DNA of 64,000 nucleotides from an uncultured Gammaproteobacteria bacterium (GCA_963848305.1 CAWKDC010000001.1:832001-896000); one strand, 5' to 3'. Positions 10,555-23,400 are shown, counted from the stretch's first letter. Notes: generated by a model from the letters alone, not told the origin. A program made the numbers and translations.

Positions 10555-10872
10555 TTACCAGCTGGACTTATAAACACCAGGTACCAAACCTTCTGCAATC
10601 ATTTTGCGCAGATAGATACGGCTAATACCCGTAAAATTGTTACCACGAGGACGACCTGTCTTACGACAAATCTTACGGAGACGGGTGGGGCTCGCGTTCC
10701 GAGGAAGCTTGCTGGTCACATCCATCCATACTGCCATCCGTTCTTCCATTGAAGCATCCGGATTTTTGCACACTTCTTTTGCACGTTTGATCAAGGTTTC
10801 GCGACGTTGACGATTCTTATCAATAGTCTTTTTCTTCTTCAAAGTACGTAAAACAATACTGAGTTTTGCCAT
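10555..10872 (-). CDS. rpsN: 30S ribosomal protein S14, long proteobacterial type
   Basis: KLPRNASPTR; TGRPRG; PGVYKSSW. Confidence 0.95.
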   Translation of the reverse strand: MAKLSIVLRTLKKKKTIDKNRQRRETLIKRAKEVCKNPDASMEERMAVWMDVTSKLPRNASPTRLRKICRKTGRPRGNNFTGISRIYLRKMIAEGLVPGVYKSSW

Positions 10873-10874
10873 GG

Positions 10875-11423
10875 TTACTTAGCCTCTCTGAATGGAAAAT
10901 TAAATGCAGCCAACAAATCAAGGGAGTCTTGATCGGAAGGTGAATCCATGGTGATACAGATATCGAAACCACGTAGCTTGTCGATCTTTTCGAAATCGAT
11001 TTCAGGACAAATGATTTGCTCTTTGATACCCATGGCAAAATTGCCTGTGCCATCAAAGCCACGACGAGAGACACCACGGAAATCGCGTACACGAGGCAAG
11101 TAAATGCTAATCAATCTGTCCAAAAATTCATACATCTTGGCGCGACGCAGTGTCACCTTGCAACCAATAGGCCAACCTTCGCGGATTTTGAACCCTGCGA
11201 TAGATTTTCTGGCATAAGTGATTTGTGCTTTTTGACCAGCGATTTTCGTCATTTGGTCTACAGCAAAATCCAGCACTTTCTTATCAAGCGCAGCGTCACC
11301 CACGCCCATGTTCAAGGTGATTTTTTTAAGCTTGGGCACTCGCATCGCGTTGTAACCTTTCTTCTCCACGAATTGAGGAACAATTTCTTTGCGGTACTTT
11401 TCATGTAATCTTGGTAATGACAT
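10875..11423 (-). CDS. rplE: 50S ribosomal protein L5
   Basis: KITLNMGVG; [23 protein letters not shown]. Confidence 0.98.
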   Translation of the reverse strand: MSLPRLHEKYRKEIVPQFVEKKGYNAMRVPKLKKITLNMGVGDAALDKKVLDFAVDQMTKIAGQKAQITYARKSIAGFKIREGWPIGCKVTLRRAKMYEFLDRLISIYLPRVRDFRGVSRRGFDGTGNFAMGIKEQIICPEIDFEKIDKLRGFDICITMDSPSDQDSLDLLAAFNFPFREAK

Positions 11424-11434
11424 TATCAACCTCT

Positions 11435-11803
11435 TTATTCACTGGCTTTCGCTGGAGTCGGGATGGCTTCGCCAGAAGATTTAAAGACGCGTGTCTTAAC
11501 GCCATCTTTAGATACTACATAACCAACACGATCTGCTTTCTGTGTTTTGGGATTCAAAATGGCTACATTGGAAATATGCAACGGCATTTCCTTCTTTTCC
11601 AAACCACCCTGAACGTTTAATTGAGGGTTAGGACGCACTGCTTTAGTGGCGATATTAACCCCATCTACTAATACCCTGGCATCTTTAGGCGCAACAGCCA
11701 ACACACGGCCTGTTTGACCTTTTGACTTACCTGCAATCACGATGACTTCATCGCCCTTGAGGATTTTAACCTTTGCAAATTTCTTTAATTTCGTCATTTC
11801 CAC
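11435..11803 (-). CDS. rplX: 50S ribosomal protein L24
   Basis: [14 protein letters not shown]; [11 protein letters not shown]; KADRVG. Confidence 0.97.
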   Translation of the reverse strand: MEMTKLKKFAKVKILKGDEVIVIAGKSKGQTGRVLAVAPKDARVLVDGVNIATKAVRPNPQLNVQGGLEKKEMPLHISNVAILNPKTQKADRVGYVVSKDGVKTRVFKSSGEAIPTPAKASE

Positions 11804-11806
11804 ACC

Positions 11807-12174
11807 TTATAGCACTTCTGGAGCCAGCGAAATAATCTTCATGAAGGCTTCGCCGCGCAATTCACGCGTGACGGCCCGAAAATACGTGTACCGATAGGTT
11901 GTTTTTGCTTGTTCAGCAAAACCACCGCATTGCGGTCAAAGCGAATCAATGATCCATCTTTACGGCGCACACCTTGACGGGTACGAACGACCAATGCAAA
12001 CAATACTTCGCCTTGTTTAACCTTTCCTTTGGCAATCGCATCTTTAACGGAGACAACGATCACGTCGCCCACGCCTGCGTAACGGCGCTTAGAGCCACCG
12101 AGTACTTTGATGCATTCTACCTGTCTTGCGCCGCTGTTATCAGCGACTTCCAGACGTGTGCTTGTTTGAATCAT
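11807..12174 (-). CDS. rplN: 50S ribosomal protein L14; 1-nt deletion near 11874, likely sequencing error
   Basis: VADNSGAR; [10 protein letters not shown]; PIGTRIFGP. Another frame continues [21 protein letters not shown]. Confidence 0.97.
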
Positions 12175-12431
12175 ATCGCCTTCTCCACAATCTCACGTAC
12201 TACCCAAGCTTTTGTCTTGGAAATAGGACGGCTCATTTCAATTTTGACGACATCACCAATAGAGCAGGTATTGTCTGCGTCGTGCGCATAAAAACGCGTT
12301 TTCGACTCAACGTACTTCCCATAGCGAGGATGCTGTCTTTTTACAACCCGCAGCACAACAACGGTTTTATCCATTTTGTTACTGATGACACGGCCCACGA
12401 CCGATTTTGTAGCAATTGCCAACTCCGTCAT
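12171..12431 (-). CDS. rpsQ: 30S ribosomal protein S17
   Basis: [14 protein letters not shown]; HPRYGKYV; [10 protein letters not shown]. Confidence 0.98.
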   Translation of the reverse strand: MTELAIATKSVVGRVISNKMDKTVVVLRVVKRQHPRYGKYVESKTRFYAHDADNTCSIGDVVKIEMSRPISKTKAWVVREIVEKAI

Positions 12432-12432
12432 T

Positions 12433-12624
12433 TTAGTGATGACCCTTCTCAGTTAAAATAGTATTCACGCGTGCAATCGTTTTTTTAAGCAAACGATTAG
12501 CTGCGTGAGGTGTGTCGCTCTTCATCGTACGCGCTATGCGTCCATGAAGGCGTTCTCTTTTCAGTTCGGTCAGCTTGACTAGCAATTCTGACACTTCCAG
12601 TTTTCTTAAATCTACAGCTTTCAT
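12433..12624 (-). CDS. rpmC: 50S ribosomal protein L29
   Basis: MKAVDLR...[14 protein letters not shown]; lies between rplP and rpsQ. Confidence 0.94.
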   Translation of the reverse strand: MKAVDLRKLEVSELLVKLTELKRERLHGRIARTMKSDTPHAANRLLKKTIARVNTILTEKGHH

Positions 12625-13037
12625 CCCATGACTTCCCTAATTGTAAAGATAGTCTTAACAGGTAGTTTTGAAGCGGCCAATGCGAATGCTTCGCGTGCGG
12701 TTGCCTCATCTACACCTGCCATTTCATACAGGACCTTGCCTGGTTTAACCACGGCAACCCAGTACTCTACGTTACCCTTACCTTTACCTTGACGGACTTC
12801 TAAGGGCTTCTTAGTGATCGGCTTATCTGGGAAAAGACGAATCCAGATCTTGCCACCGCGTTTGACATAGCGTGTCATGGCGCGACGCGCTGCTTCAATC
12901 TGCCGGGCTGTGATTCTACCACGATCCAGGGTCTTTAATCCATACTCTCCGAAGCTTACTTTTGTACCTTTGGTGGCAGTACCGCACATGCGGCCTTTCA
13001 TCATTTTACGGTACTTGGTGCGTTTTGGGGCTAACAT
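12621..13037 (-). CDS. rplP: 50S ribosomal protein L16
   Basis: PKRTKYRK; [11 protein letters not shown]; [20 protein letters not shown]. Confidence 0.98.
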   Translation of the reverse strand: MLAPKRTKYRKMMKGRMCGTATKGTKVSFGEYGLKTLDRGRITARQIEAARRAMTRYVKRGGKIWIRLFPDKPITKKPLEVRQGKGKGNVEYWVAVVKPGKVLYEMAGVDEATAREAFALAASKLPVKTIFTIREVMG

Positions 13038-13041
13038 AGTT

Positions 13042-13701
13042 CTATACCTCTTCCGTCTCTTTCACCGGCTCTTTCTTAAAGACTTCACCTTTGAAAATCC
13101 ACACTTTGACGCCGATAATACCATAAGTTGTTTTGGCTTCAGCGACACCGTAGTCAATATCTGCACGGAAAGTATGCAAAGGCACACGGCCTTCACGGTA
13201 TTGTTCCGTTCTTGCGATTTCAGCACCGCCGAGACGGCCACTGACGCAGACTTTCACCCCTAATGCGCCCGCACGCAATGCTGTGCTCACGGCACGCTTC
13301 ATTGCTCTGCGGAACATAATACGTTTTTCAAGCTGTTGAGCAATCGTTTGAGCAACAATCGTTGCATCAACATCAGGCTTCCTCACCTCTTCAATAGTGA
13401 TTTGGACAGGTGCGCCAACAATCTTGGTCAGTTCTTGGCGCAAGGGTTCAATATCCTCACCCTTCTTGCCAATGGCTGCGCCAGGTCTTGCACATTTTAC
13501 ACGGATAATGGCATTTTTGGCGGGACGCTCGATAATAATCTCACTCACCTGGGCTTGTGCGAGTTTTTTATTTAAAAACTCACGCACTTCAAGGTCACTG
13601 TACAATAAATCAGCATAATCTCTGTAGTTTGCAAACCATTTCGAGGAGTGCTCTGTCACGATTCCTAATCTAAGGCAATTTGGATGTACTTTTTGACCCA
13701 T
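13042..13701 (-). CDS. rpsC: 30S ribosomal protein S3
   Basis: MGQKVHP; [13 protein letters not shown]; [16 protein letters not shown]. Confidence 0.98.
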   Translation of the reverse strand: MGQKVHPNCLRLGIVTEHSSKWFANYRDYADLLYSDLEVREFLNKKLAQAQVSEIIIERPAKNAIIRVKCARPGAAIGKKGEDIEPLRQELTKIVGAPVQITIEEVRKPDVDATIVAQTIAQQLEKRIMFRRAMKRAVSTALRAGALGVKVCVSGRLGGAEIARTEQYREGRVPLHTFRADIDYGVAEAKTTYGIIGVKVWIFKGEVFKKEPVKETEEV

Positions 13702-13703
13702 GG

Positions 13704-14064
13704 CTACTTATCTTCCTTTCTCGAATTGGCGGAACGTTCGGCAACGACAACCTCAATATGGCTGGTTGGTTTTTTGATATGGTCAGCGCGGCCTTTTGCC
13801 CTCGGGCTAACCCGCTTGAAAGAAGGCACCTTGGTTCACGCAGATGGATTCAATGTATAAATCATCGATATCACCATTCAAATTATTTTCATAATTAGCA
13901 ATCGCAGAATTAAGGCATTTGCTGACAAAAGTTGCCGCCTTTTGCTCTAATTGTGACAATATCAGTAATGCATGAGAGACGTGCATACCCCTGATTCTAT
14001 CAACGACTAGGCGCGCTTTCTGCGTAGAAAGTCTGACATCTCTTAAATGAGCTGTGGCTCGCAT
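13704..14064 (-). CDS. rplV: 50S ribosomal protein L22; 1-nt insertion near 13827, likely sequencing error
   Basis: [12 protein letters not shown]; SAIANYENN. Another frame continues [28 protein letters not shown]. Confidence 0.96.
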
Positions 14065-14348
14065 TATTTCTTCTCCTCTTTGGTCGTTTTGGCGCCCGTA
14101 TGTCCTTTAAAGGTACGGGTAGGGGCAAACTCACCCAGTTTATGCCCAACCATGTCCTCAGTCACGAAGATTGGCACATGTTGACGGCCATTATGAACCG
14201 CAATGGTAAAACCTACCATCATGGGTATGACTGTCGATGCACGTGACCAAGTCTTGATCACTTGCTTTTTAACAACATCAGCGGCTTTCACCAGCTTGGC
14301 GTACAAGCTAGGATGTACAAAAGGCCCTTTTTTGAGTGAACGTGGCAC
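14064..14348 (-). CDS. rpsS: 30S ribosomal protein S19
   Basis: [10 protein letters not shown]; TWSRAS; [15 protein letters not shown]. Confidence 0.98.
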   Translation of the reverse strand: MPRSLKKGPFVHPSLYAKLVKAADVVKKQVIKTWSRASTVIPMMVGFTIAVHNGRQHVPIFVTEDMVGHKLGEFAPTRTFKGHTGAKTTKEEKK

Positions 14349-14371
14349 AGATAACCTCTCTCAATGAATAC

Positions 14372-15208
14372 TTACTTTTTACGTCTATCACGAACAATAT
14401 ACTTGTTCGAAGACTTCGACCGACTCCGGGTTTTGTAACCCTTCGTTGGTACACCCGATGGCGACACAGGATGACGACCCGCTGAAGTACGGCCTTCACC
14501 GCCCCCATGTGGATGGTCAACCGGGTTCATGGCAACACCACGGACCGTTGGGCGAACACCACGGTGGCGAACAGCCCCCGCTTTACCCAATACCCGTAAG
14601 CTATGCTCACTGAAACCTACTTCACCTACCGTCGCACGGCATGTTTCAAGCACTTTGCGCATTTCACCAGACTGAAGGCGCAAGGTCACATAACCTGCGT
14701 CCTTGGCAATCAGCTGAGCGCTCGCGCCGGCTGTGCGAACCATTTGGGCTCCACGGCCTGCTTTGAGCTCAACACAGTGCACAATAGAACCCTGAGGAAT
14801 CAACTTCATGGGCAGGCAATTACCTACTTTGAAGGGCGCTTCGGCACCGGACATGACTTCATCGCCAGCCTTCAAACCCTTGGGTGCTATAATATACCGC
14901 TTTTCACCATCTTTGTACACTAAAAGTGCAATATGGGCAGTACGGTTGGGATCATATTCCAAATGCTCAACACGCGCAGGAATACCATCTTTGGTACGCT
15001 TAAAATCGACCAGGCGATAATGACGCTTATGGCCACCCCCACGGCGATCGATCGTCATCCGGCCTTGGTTATTACGGCCAGAAGTACGCTTCTTCGCGCT
15101 GGTGAGTGCCTTAACAGGACGACCCTTGTACAGGTCTGTCTCTGTGACCCGAACCTGATGACGGGTTCCTGGGGTCAGTGGTCTCATCTGTTTAATAATG
15201 ACTGCCAT
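14372..15208 (-). CDS. rplB: 50S ribosomal protein L2
   Basis: GRNNQGR; [12 protein letters not shown]; [21 protein letters not shown]. Confidence 0.99.
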   Translation of the reverse strand: MAVIIKQMRPLTPGTRHQVRVTETDLYKGRPVKALTSAKKRTSGRNNQGRMTIDRRGGGHKRHYRLVDFKRTKDGIPARVEHLEYDPNRTAHIALLVYKDGEKRYIIAPKGLKAGDEVMSGAEAPFKVGNCLPMKLIPQGSIVHCVELKAGRGAQMVRTAGASAQLIAKDAGYVTLRLQSGEMRKVLETCRATVGEVGFSEHSLRVLGKAGAVRHRGVRPTVRGVAMNPVDHPHGGGEGRTSAGRHPVSPSGVPTKGYKTRSRSKSSNKYIVRDRRKK

Positions 15209-15226
15209 TTTCTGTTCCTCAAACAT

Positions 15227-15299
15227 GGGGCGAAGTATCCGCCCCTGCCATTGGGCGCAAATATGCGCCCCTACAATGGGCGGATATTTCCGCCCTTAC
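15227..15299 (-). repeat. Three tandem REP-like palindromes between rplW and rplB
   Basis: ggggcgaagtatccgcccctgc / gggcgcaaatatgcgcccctac / gggcggatatttccgcccttac. Confidence 0.8.
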
Positions 15300-15303
15300 G
15301 CCC

Positions 15304-15609
15304 TTAAGATGATGCCGCAATTGAGTCAATGGTATGCCCCGATGCTAGCGTAACATAGGCCTTTTTCACATCGCTGCGCTTACCCGCTTTAAAACGAGTA
15401 CGCTTGCTTTTGCCTAACTGATTCAAGACATTGACCTTGACCACGCTGACGTTGAAAGCCATTTCAATGGCCTTCTTAACATCAGTGCGAGTGGCCTTAG
15501 AGTCAACCTCAAACACATATTGATTCAATCTTCCCATGACATCTACTGACTTCTCAGACAGTACAGGTGCCTTGATCGAATCGTAATACTGATCACGTGT
15601 CATGCTCAT
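15304..15609 (-). CDS. rplW: 50S ribosomal protein L23
   Basis: APVLSEKS; NQYVFEV; KKAYVTL. Confidence 0.96.
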   Translation of the reverse strand: MSMTRDQYYDSIKAPVLSEKSVDVMGRLNQYVFEVDSKATRTDVKKAIEMAFNVSVVKVNVLNQLGKSKRTRFKAGKRSDVKKAYVTLASGHTIDSIAASS

Positions 15610-16225
15610 ACAAAGGACTCCTCAAGTATCTTCAGTGCTTGCTCAGTAATCACAGCATGATCAACATGGAGCAGACCCACAGGATCAATATCTCTCACTG
15701 AAACCACACCCACATTAGGCAAGTTTCGTGCGGACAGGAACAATTTGCTATCCACATCGTGTGTAATGATCAGCACGTTCTTAAGATTCAAACTATCCAA
15801 CCAAGCTTTGCAGGTTTTTGTTTTGTGATCAGCCAGGCTGATATTGTCCAACACGGTCATACGGTCAGTACGAAAGCGTTCAGACAGGATGCAACGAATG
15901 GCACCACGATACATTTTACGATTCACTTTTTGTGAATAGTCCTTTGTACGTGCAGAAAATGTAACACCACCACCACGCCACAATGGACCCTGCGACTACC
16001 CGCACGAGCACGGCCAGTCCCTTTTTGACGCCAGGGCTTAATCGTAGAGCCGCTCACATCAGAACGGTTTTTGCGATCAGGGGCACCTTGACGCTGCGCA
16101 TTGCGATGCGCAGTCACGATCTGGTGAACGAGATCACCATTCATCATGGCCGCAAAAACAACATCAGAAACCTGGATCGTTTTATGCTGGCTAGGTTGAC
16201 TAAAATTGACAACTTGAACTTCCAT
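15606..16225 (-). CDS. rplD: 50S ribosomal protein L4; 1-nt deletion near 15988, likely sequencing error
   Basis: KPWRQKGTGRARAG, then GPLWRGGGVTF and KVNRKMYRGA in the next frame. Confidence 0.96.
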
Positions 16226-16235
16226 TATGCACTCC

Positions 16236-16865
16236 TTAATGAGATGAGGCATCACGGACAGCAGCAATCACACGAACAATAGCGCCTGTTGCACCGGGCA
16301 CTGCGCCCTTCACAACCAGCAAACCATTTTCATGATCAATTGCCGCAATCTCGAGAGACTGCATGGTGACATTAACATCGCCCATGTGCCCAGACATGCG
16401 CTTCCCTTTGAACACGCGACCTGGTGTTTGGTTTTGACCAATCGAACCAGGAACACGGTGTGAACGAGAATTACCGTGGGTTGCATCTTGTGTACGGAAG
16501 TTATGACGCTTTACCGTACCAGCGAAACCTTTACCTTTTGTACGGGCACGTACATCAACACGTTGCCCTACTTCAAACTGAGACAAATCAAGGACAGCAC
16601 CAATGTCGTACTGTGCCGATTGTTCTTCAGATACTTTAAATTCGTACAAACCACGCCCGGGAGCGACATTGGCTTTGGCAAATTGCCCTGCCATGGGTTT
16701 ATTCACACGGCTAGGCTTCACTTGCCCAGCAGTGATTTGCAGTTTGCCCTCAGGCTTTGCTACAACCGAATTTTGTTCGATTTGTATAATAGTGACAGGA
16801 ATGCTGATATCTTCTTTGAAAATACGGCTCATTCCACGCTTAATTCCGATCAGACCCACGGCCAT
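16236..16865 (-). CDS. rplC: 50S ribosomal protein L3
   Basis: [14 protein letters not shown]; [27 protein letters not shown]. Confidence 0.98.
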   Translation of the reverse strand: MAVGLIGIKRGMSRIFKEDISIPVTIIQIEQNSVVAKPEGKLQITAGQVKPSRVNKPMAGQFAKANVAPGRGLYEFKVSEEQSAQYDIGAVLDLSQFEVGQRVDVRARTKGKGFAGTVKRHNFRTQDATHGNSRSHRVPGSIGQNQTPGRVFKGKRMSGHMGDVNVTMQSLEIAAIDHENGLLVVKGAVPGATGAIVRVIAAVRDASSH

Positions 16866-16882
16866 GCTACACTCCTCGCTGC

Positions 16883-17206
16883 CTACACAGTATCAATAAC
16901 AATAATTTTAACGTCCAGGCCTGCAGACAGGTCAAGCTTCATCAGCGCATCAACTGTTTTATCAGTCAGTTCAACGATGTCTACGAGACGTTTGTGCACC
17001 CGAATTTCAAATTGCTCCTGCGCGTCTTTGTCGACGTGTGGAGAAGACAATAAATTAAAACGACGCTTGCGCGTGGGCAAGGGAACCGGGCCCCGGACAC
17101 GAGCACCCGTGCGTTTAGCAATCTCGACTATTCTTGACATCGCTGAATCAATCAAGCGATAGTCGAAAGTCTTGAGCACAATCCGAATACTTTGCTGCTT
17201 TGACAT
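16883..17206 (-). CDS. rpsJ: 30S ribosomal protein S10
   Basis: [17 protein letters not shown]; [20 protein letters not shown]. Confidence 0.98.
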   Translation of the reverse strand: MSKQQSIRIVLKTFDYRLIDSAMSRIVEIAKRTGARVRGPVPLPTRKRRFNLLSSPHVDKDAQEQFEIRVHKRLVDIVELTDKTVDALMKLDLSAGLDVKIIVIDTV

Positions 17207-17252
17207 TTTTACCTAACCTTTTTCCACTTCACCAAAATCACAATTTGTCCGT

Positions 17253-17300
17253 TGTGGGTGCAATTAGAGGGCGCAAAGATGCGCCCCTACAGCACCCACA
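17253..17300 (-). repeat. REP palindrome nested in a larger hairpin between fusA and rpsJ
   Basis: gagggcgcaaagatgcgcccctac (17267-17290) flanked by tgtgggtgc...gcacccaca. Confidence 0.75.
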
Positions 17301-17306
17301 TACATT

Positions 17307-19403
17307 TTAAGATGCGCGGCCTTCAATGACCTTCGCAGCCACATTAGCAGGCGCTTCACGGTACATCGCGAACTCCATTGTATAGGTTGCACGACCTTGC
17401 GTCATCGAACGAAGATCCGTTGCATACCCAAACATTTCCGACAATGGTACTTCTACACGGATAGCACGACCCGTTGGGGTTTCGTCCATACCTTGTACAA
17501 TACCACGGCGACGGCTTAAGTCACCCATCACGTCACCCACATATTCTTCTGGGGTAACCGTTTCAACCTTCATGATAGGTTCGAGCAGAACGGCACCGGC
17601 CTTTCTCGCACCTTCTTTGAAGCCCATCGAACCAGCAATTTTAAATGCCATTTCGTTGGAGTCCACATCATGGTAGGAACCATCGAACAGAGTCACCTTC
17701 ACGTCGACCACTGGATAACCAGCAATCACACCGTTTTGCATTTGCTCTTGAATGCCCTTATCAACGGGAGCGACATATTCCTTCGGAACCACACCACCCA
17801 CAATCGCATTCACAAATTCATAACCTTTGCCAGGCTCCTGGGGCTCAATACGTAACCAAACATGTCCATATTGCCCACGACCACCTGACTGGCGAATAAA
17901 CTTACCTTCTTGCTCGATAGACTTGCGCACTGTTTCGCGGTAAGCCACTTCTGGGCTACCCACGTTGGCTTCAACACCAAACTCACGCTTCATCCGATCA
18001 ACGATAATTTCGAGGTGAAGTTCACCCATACCAGAAATAATCGTTTGGCCTGACTCTTCGTCGGTATGAACACGGAAAGAAGGATCTTCCTGTGCCAAAC
18101 GACCCAAAGCAAGCCCCATCTTTTCTTGGTCAGCCTTGGTCTTAGGTTCTACAGCTACCGATATAACGGGCTCTGGGAACTCCATACGTTCCAAGGTAAT
18201 AACCTTGTCAGGGTCGCATAGTGTATCACCTGTCGTTGTAGATTTCAAACCTACAGCAGCACCAATATCACCTGCTCGAATCTCTTTGATTTCTTCACGG
18301 GTATTGGCATGCATTTGAAGCAGACGGCCAATACGTTCACGCTTGCCCTTCACAGGGTTGTAAACGGTGTCACCGCTCTTCAAAACGCCTGAATAAACAC
18401 GGATATACGTCAATGTGCCCACGAAAGGATCGGTTGCAATCTTGAAGGCCAAAGCTGAAAAGGGTGCATCATCATTCAGTTCGCGATGTCCTTCTTCGCC
18501 TGATTCTTCAATCCCTTCTACGGGCTTCACGTCAGTCGGAGCGGGCAAATAGTCCAGTACGCCGTCAAGCATCGCCTGTACGCCTTTGTTTTTAAAGGCA
18601 CTGCCACAGAAAACAGGGACAAGCTCTGATTTAACTGCTTGATCACGAATACCTTTTTTGATTTCCGCTTCTGTCAAAGTACCCTCTTCCAGGTACTTGT
18701 TCATGAATTCTTCAGATGATTCAGCAGCCGCTTCCAATAATTTCTCATGGTACTCTTTGGCCAGCTCCATGTATTGCGGAGCAATATCACGGTACTCAAA
18801 CTTCATGCCTTTAGAGGCTTCATCCCAATAGATAGCCTTCATCTTGACCAGGTCAATGACCCCTTCAAAATTTTCTTCAGCGCCGATCGGCAACTGCATC
18901 GGCACGGGACGAGCACCCAAACGTTGGCGAATTTGGCCAACCACACGAAGGAAGTTCGCACCCTGTCTATCCATTTTATTAATGAAAGCAATACGCGGCA
19001 CTTCATATTTATTGGCCTGACGCCACACAGTTTCAGACTGGGGCTCTACACCACCGACAGCACAGAACACAGCTACGGCACCGTCAAGAACGCGCAAAGA
19101 ACGCTCGACTTCGATGGTAAAGTCCACGTGGCCGGGGGTATCAATGATGTTGATGCGGTGAGGAGGACGAGAAGAGTCCATACCCGACCAGAAACAGGTG
19201 GTTGCAGCAGAAGTAATGGTGATACCACGTTCTTGCTCTTGTGCCATCCAGTCCATGGTGGCGCCGCCCTCATGCACTTCACCCATCTTGTAATTCTTAC
19301 CGGTATAGTAAAGAACACGTTCGGTTGTCGTCGTTTTACCCGCGTCAATATGAGCCATGATGCCGATATTGCGGTAAAGTTCTACAGGAGTCTCTCTGGC
19401 CAC
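17307..19403 (-). CDS. fusA: Elongation factor G
   Basis: [19 protein letters not shown]; DTPGHVDF; GMGELHLE. Confidence 0.99.
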   Translation of the reverse strand: MARETPVELYRNIGIMAHIDAGKTTTTERVLYYTGKNYKMGEVHEGGATMDWMAQEQERGITITSAATTCFWSGMDSSRPPHRINIIDTPGHVDFTIEVERSLRVLDGAVAVFCAVGGVEPQSETVWRQANKYEVPRIAFINKMDRQGANFLRVVGQIRQRLGARPVPMQLPIGAEENFEGVIDLVKMKAIYWDEASKGMKFEYRDIAPQYMELAKEYHEKLLEAAAESSEEFMNKYLEEGTLTEAEIKKGIRDQAVKSELVPVFCGSAFKNKGVQAMLDGVLDYLPAPTDVKPVEGIEESGEEGHRELNDDAPFSALAFKIATDPFVGTLTYIRVYSGVLKSGDTVYNPVKGKRERIGRLLQMHANTREEIKEIRAGDIGAAVGLKSTTTGDTLCDPDKVITLERMEFPEPVISVAVEPKTKADQEKMGLALGRLAQEDPSFRVHTDEESGQTIISGMGELHLEIIVDRMKREFGVEANVGSPEVAYRETVRKSIEQEGKFIRQSGGRGQYGHVWLRIEPQEPGKGYEFVNAIVGGVVPKEYVAPVDKGIQEQMQNGVIAGYPVVDVKVTLFDGSYHDVDSNEMAFKIAGSMGFKEGARKAGAVLLEPIMKVETVTPEEYVGDVMGDLSRRRGIVQGMDETPTGRAIRVEVPLSEMFGYATDLRSMTQGRATYTMEFAMYREAPANVAAKVIEGRAS

Positions 19404-19421
19404 GGTCTATTCCTTTTTAAA

Positions 19422-19901
19422 TTAACTCTGTACGGAGGCAAAATGCGCAAACGCTTGGTTTGCATCAGCCATTTTCTTCGTATCAATACATTTCTTAACG
19501 GCTTCGCCGCGACCTTCAAGCGCATCCATCATTTCGCCAGCGAGGCGCAATGTCATGCCTTTTTCGGAACGCTTTGAAGCAGATTCTTTCAGCCAACGCA
19601 TGGCTAAAGCCAATTGACGCTCATCTTTCACGGGCACAGGCACTTGATAGGTTGCACCACCAACACGGCGTGAACGCACTTCAACATAAGGACGTACTTT
19701 GTCGATCACGGTTTGGAACACTTCTAGCGGTGAAATACGTGCTTTTTCAGACACGCGCTCGAGCGCTGTGTACACGATATCACGGGCCAAAGATTTCTTA
19801 CCAGAACTCATGATAACGTTGATGAACTTCTCAACGAGTTGGCTGTTGTATTTAATATCTGGCGTAACAGGCCTTTTTTTACATACACGACGTCTTGACA
19901 T
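19422..19901 (-). CDS. rpsG: 30S ribosomal protein S7
   Basis: EVRSRRVGGATYQVP; MADANQAFAH. Confidence 0.98.
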   Translation of the reverse strand: MSRRRVCKKRPVTPDIKYNSQLVEKFINVIMSSGKKSLARDIVYTALERVSEKARISPLEVFQTVIDKVRPYVEVRSRRVGGATYQVPVPVKDERQLALAMRWLKESASKRSEKGMTLRLAGEMMDALEGRGEAVKKCIDTKKMADANQAFAHFASVQS

Positions 19902-19924
19902 AATTCACTCGCACCTTCAAAAAA

Positions 19925-20320
19925 TTAACGTTTATCTTGCTTGTCTTTTGGACGATCTGTTCCATACTTAGAACGACCTTGCAGACGGCCTGTGACACCA
20001 CTGGTATCCAGCGTACCGCGAACGATGTGATAGCGCACACCGGGTAAGTCAGGGACGCGTCCACCGCGCACAAGCACCACGGAGTGCTCCTGCAGGTTAT
20101 GGCCTTCGCCGCCAATGTAGGCAATGATTTCATGGCCATTTCTGAGCATGACACGAGCCACTTTACGCAGGGCTGAGTTAGGCTTTTTAGGCGTCACGGT
20201 GTATACACGTGTGCATACGCCACTGCGCTGAGGACAAGCGCCCAATGCTGGGGTACCCGTCTTATCTATCACGGGGCGGCGCCCCTTTTTGCGACTCATC
20301 AGTCTATTCACAGATTTCAT
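19925..20320 (-). CDS. rpsL: 30S ribosomal protein S12
   Basis: [12 protein letters not shown]; [13 protein letters not shown]; DLPGVRYH. Confidence 0.98.
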   Translation of the reverse strand: MKSVNRLMSRKKGRRPVIDKTGTPALGACPQRSGVCTRVYTVTPKKPNSALRKVARVMLRNGHEIIAYIGGEGHNLQEHSVVLVRGGRVPDLPGVRYHIVRGTLDTSGVTGRLQGRSKYGTDRPKDKQDKR

Positions 20321-20362
20321 CTATACTCTCTCCTAAAAACCACTCACCATCTGCTGGGGGGC

Positions 20363-20391
20363 ATCATATCGCTAATTAATCCGTTTGTCTA
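20363..20391 (-). promoter_or_regulatory. Sigma70-type str-operon promoter
   Basis: TAGACA-N17-TATGAT upstream of rpsL. Confidence 0.6.
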
Positions 20392-20403
20392 GAAGAATTT
20401 GAT

Positions 20404-20428
20404 GAAGGGCGCAAGTATGCGCCCCTTC
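20404..20428 (-). repeat. REP-like palindrome just after the rpoC stop
   Basis: gaagggcgcaagtatgcgccccttc. Confidence 0.75.
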
Positions 20429-20431
20429 AAA

Positions 20432-23400
20432 TTATTCCGCATCTTTAGAGTTAAAGACCTCGCTGATTGCAGATTGCAGTTCTTCCGCGCTGCGATCCAA
20501 CTCTTCGGTTGCCTGGATGGCATGAGTCGCCCTGCGACGTGCCATATGGTAAGCCAAGCCTGTACCACCTGGGATCAGACGACCCACAATCACGTTCTCT
20601 TTCAGGCCTCTCAGTCGATCGCGTTTACCAGAAACAGACGCCTCGGTTAAAACGCGGGTCGTTTCTTGGAACGAGGCAGCAGAAATGAAGGACTCTGTTG
20701 CCAAGGACGCCTTGGTGATACCTAATAGAACAGGTTCGTAAGTTGCTGGCATTTTGCCATCTTTCACGAGCTGCTTATTCGCATCCAACACAGCAAATAC
20801 ATCGGCCTGCTCCCCTTCCAGGAAGTGAGAATCCCCACGGCTGACAATATTAGCCTTACGTAACATTTGTCGAATAATCACTTCAATGTGCTTATCGTTA
20901 ATCTTAACGCCTTGTAAGCGGTAAACGTCTTGCACTTCGTTGACGATAAAGTTCGTCAGTGCATTCACGCCTTGCAACCTCAAGATATCATGAGGATTAG
21001 GCGGACCGTCAGCAATGATTTCACCCTTCTCAACAGTTTCACCTTCAAACACCGTCACGTGACGCCATTTCGGAATTAACTCTTCATGCACAGTGCCATC
21101 GATAGCCGTGATGGTCAGACGACGCTTGCCTTTGGTTTCTTTACCAAAGCTCACAACCCCTGAAATTTCTGCCAGGATAGCAGGATCTTTGGGCTTACGT
21201 GCTTCGACCAAGTCGGCAACTCGTGGCAAGCCCCCGGTAATATCGCGAGTCTTTGACGTTTCTTGGGGAATACGGGCGATAACATCACCAATTTTCACTT
21301 CAGAATTGTCTGTCAACGTCACGATCGCACCCGCAGGCAAGAAATAATGCGCTGGCAATGCTGCGCCGGATAGCAATAAATCGTTACCTTTTTCATCCAC
21401 CAACTTCACCAACGGACGCAATTCGCGACCCGTGCTGGAACGTTGTTTAGAATCTGTGACAACAATGTTACTTAAACCCGTGAGCTCGTCCGTTTGTTTA
21501 CGGCAAGTCATGCCTTCGATCATGTCGACAAATTGAATCCGACCAGTTAATTCACAGATGATCGGATGGGTATGTGGATCCCAGGTTGCAATGATTTGCC
21601 CCGCTTCCACTTTGTCTTCATTACGCACAACCAATTCAGCACCGTAAGGCACTTTGTAGCGCTCGCGTTCATGACCTTTTAAATCTAATACAGTGATTTC
21701 ACCGGAGCGCGATACCACAACGGCTTTGCCATCTGCACGGTTCAACAATTTCAAATTATGCAATTTGACAGAACCTGTGTTCTTCACTTGCACTTGGTTA
21801 ACGGTGATCGTACGAGATGCAGCACCCCCGATGTGGAACGTTCTCATGGTGAGCTGTGTACCCGGTTCACCGATAGATTGCGCTGCAATCACACCCACCG
21901 CCTCGCCCATGTTCACTAAGTGACCACGCGCCAAATCGCGACCGTAACATTTCGCACAAATACCATATTGTGTTGAACATGTGATCGGTGAGCGAGTGTA
22001 CACGTCATGAATACCTTCTGCTTCAAATTTTGCAGCCAGATCTTCATCCACAAATGTACCCGCTTCAGCCAGCATGGCGCCTGTGATCGGATCTTTCACA
22101 TCTTGAACCAAGAAGCGACCAATCACACGCTCACGCAAGGATTCAACCACGTCACCGCCTTGAATCAAGGAAGAAATGCGAACACCTTGGTTGGTACCAC
22201 AATCAACTTCAGTCACAACCATGTCTTGCGACACGTCAACCAAACGACGGGTTAGGTAACCTGAGTTTGCTGTTTTCAATGCAGTATCGGCAAGACCTTT
22301 ACGCGCACCGTGGGTAGAGATGAAGTATTGTAAAACATTCAACCCTTCACGGAAGTTAGCCGTAATTGGTGTCTCGATGATCGAACCGTCTGGTTTCGCC
22401 ATCAAGCCGCGCATACCGGCCAACTGGCGGATCTGCGCTGCACTTCCCCGTGCGCCCGAATCGGCCATCATGTACACAGAATTAAATGATTCCTGTTCAG
22501 CCATGTTGCCTTGCTTATCTTGTACCATTTCTTTGGAAAGCTTCGTCATCATTGCCTTAGCAACACGATCATTGGTACGTGCCCAAATATCGATGACTTT
22601 ATTATAACGCTCGCCAAATGTGACCAAGCCAGACACATATTGTGATTCGATTTCTTTCACTTCCGCTTCTGCGGCAGCAATGATCTCTGCCTTCGAATCA
22701 GGAATGACCAAATCGACGATAGCGATTGAAGTACCCGAGCGCATCGCATAGTAGAAGCCCATGTACATGAGTTGATCCGCAAATACCACGGTTTCCTTCA
22801 AGCCCACTTTATGGTAACAGGACATGATCAACCCAGAAATGGATTTCTTATTCATGGTCTTGTTGATATCGGAAAACAACATGCCTTCGGGCAAAATATC
22901 CAACAGCATGATGCGACCCACGGTCGTTTCAACCAGACGAGATTTCTTCGGATCTCCCCCTTGCTCCAAACGGCTGAGTGGCAAACGCACTTTGATTCGT
23001 GCATGCAAACCCACATGACGTGTGCCATAAGCACGGTACACTTCTGTTGGATCTGAAAATGCCATGCCTTCGCCCTTGTCGTTAATACGTTCGCGGGTCA
23101 TATAATAGATACCCAACACGATATCTTGCGAAGGCACAATGATAGGCTCACCATTAGCAGGTGATAGAATATTATTTGTTGACATCATGAGCGTGCGTGC
23201 TTCGAGCTGCGCTTCAATCGTCAAAGGAACGTGAACAGCCATTTGGTCACCGTCGAAGTCAGCGTTGAACGCCGCACAAACGAGGGGATGTAATTGAATG
23301 GCTTTGCCTTCGATCAAAATAGGTTCAAATGCTTGAATACCTAATCTATGCAAAGTAGGTGCACGGTTCAACAGTACGGGATGTTCGCGAATAACGCTTT

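Noticed and set aside
15227-15299. Tandem palindromes as a mini CRISPR array
   Set aside because: Units are only 3-4 nt apart with no spacers, the same motif is dispersed as single copies, and there are no cas genes.
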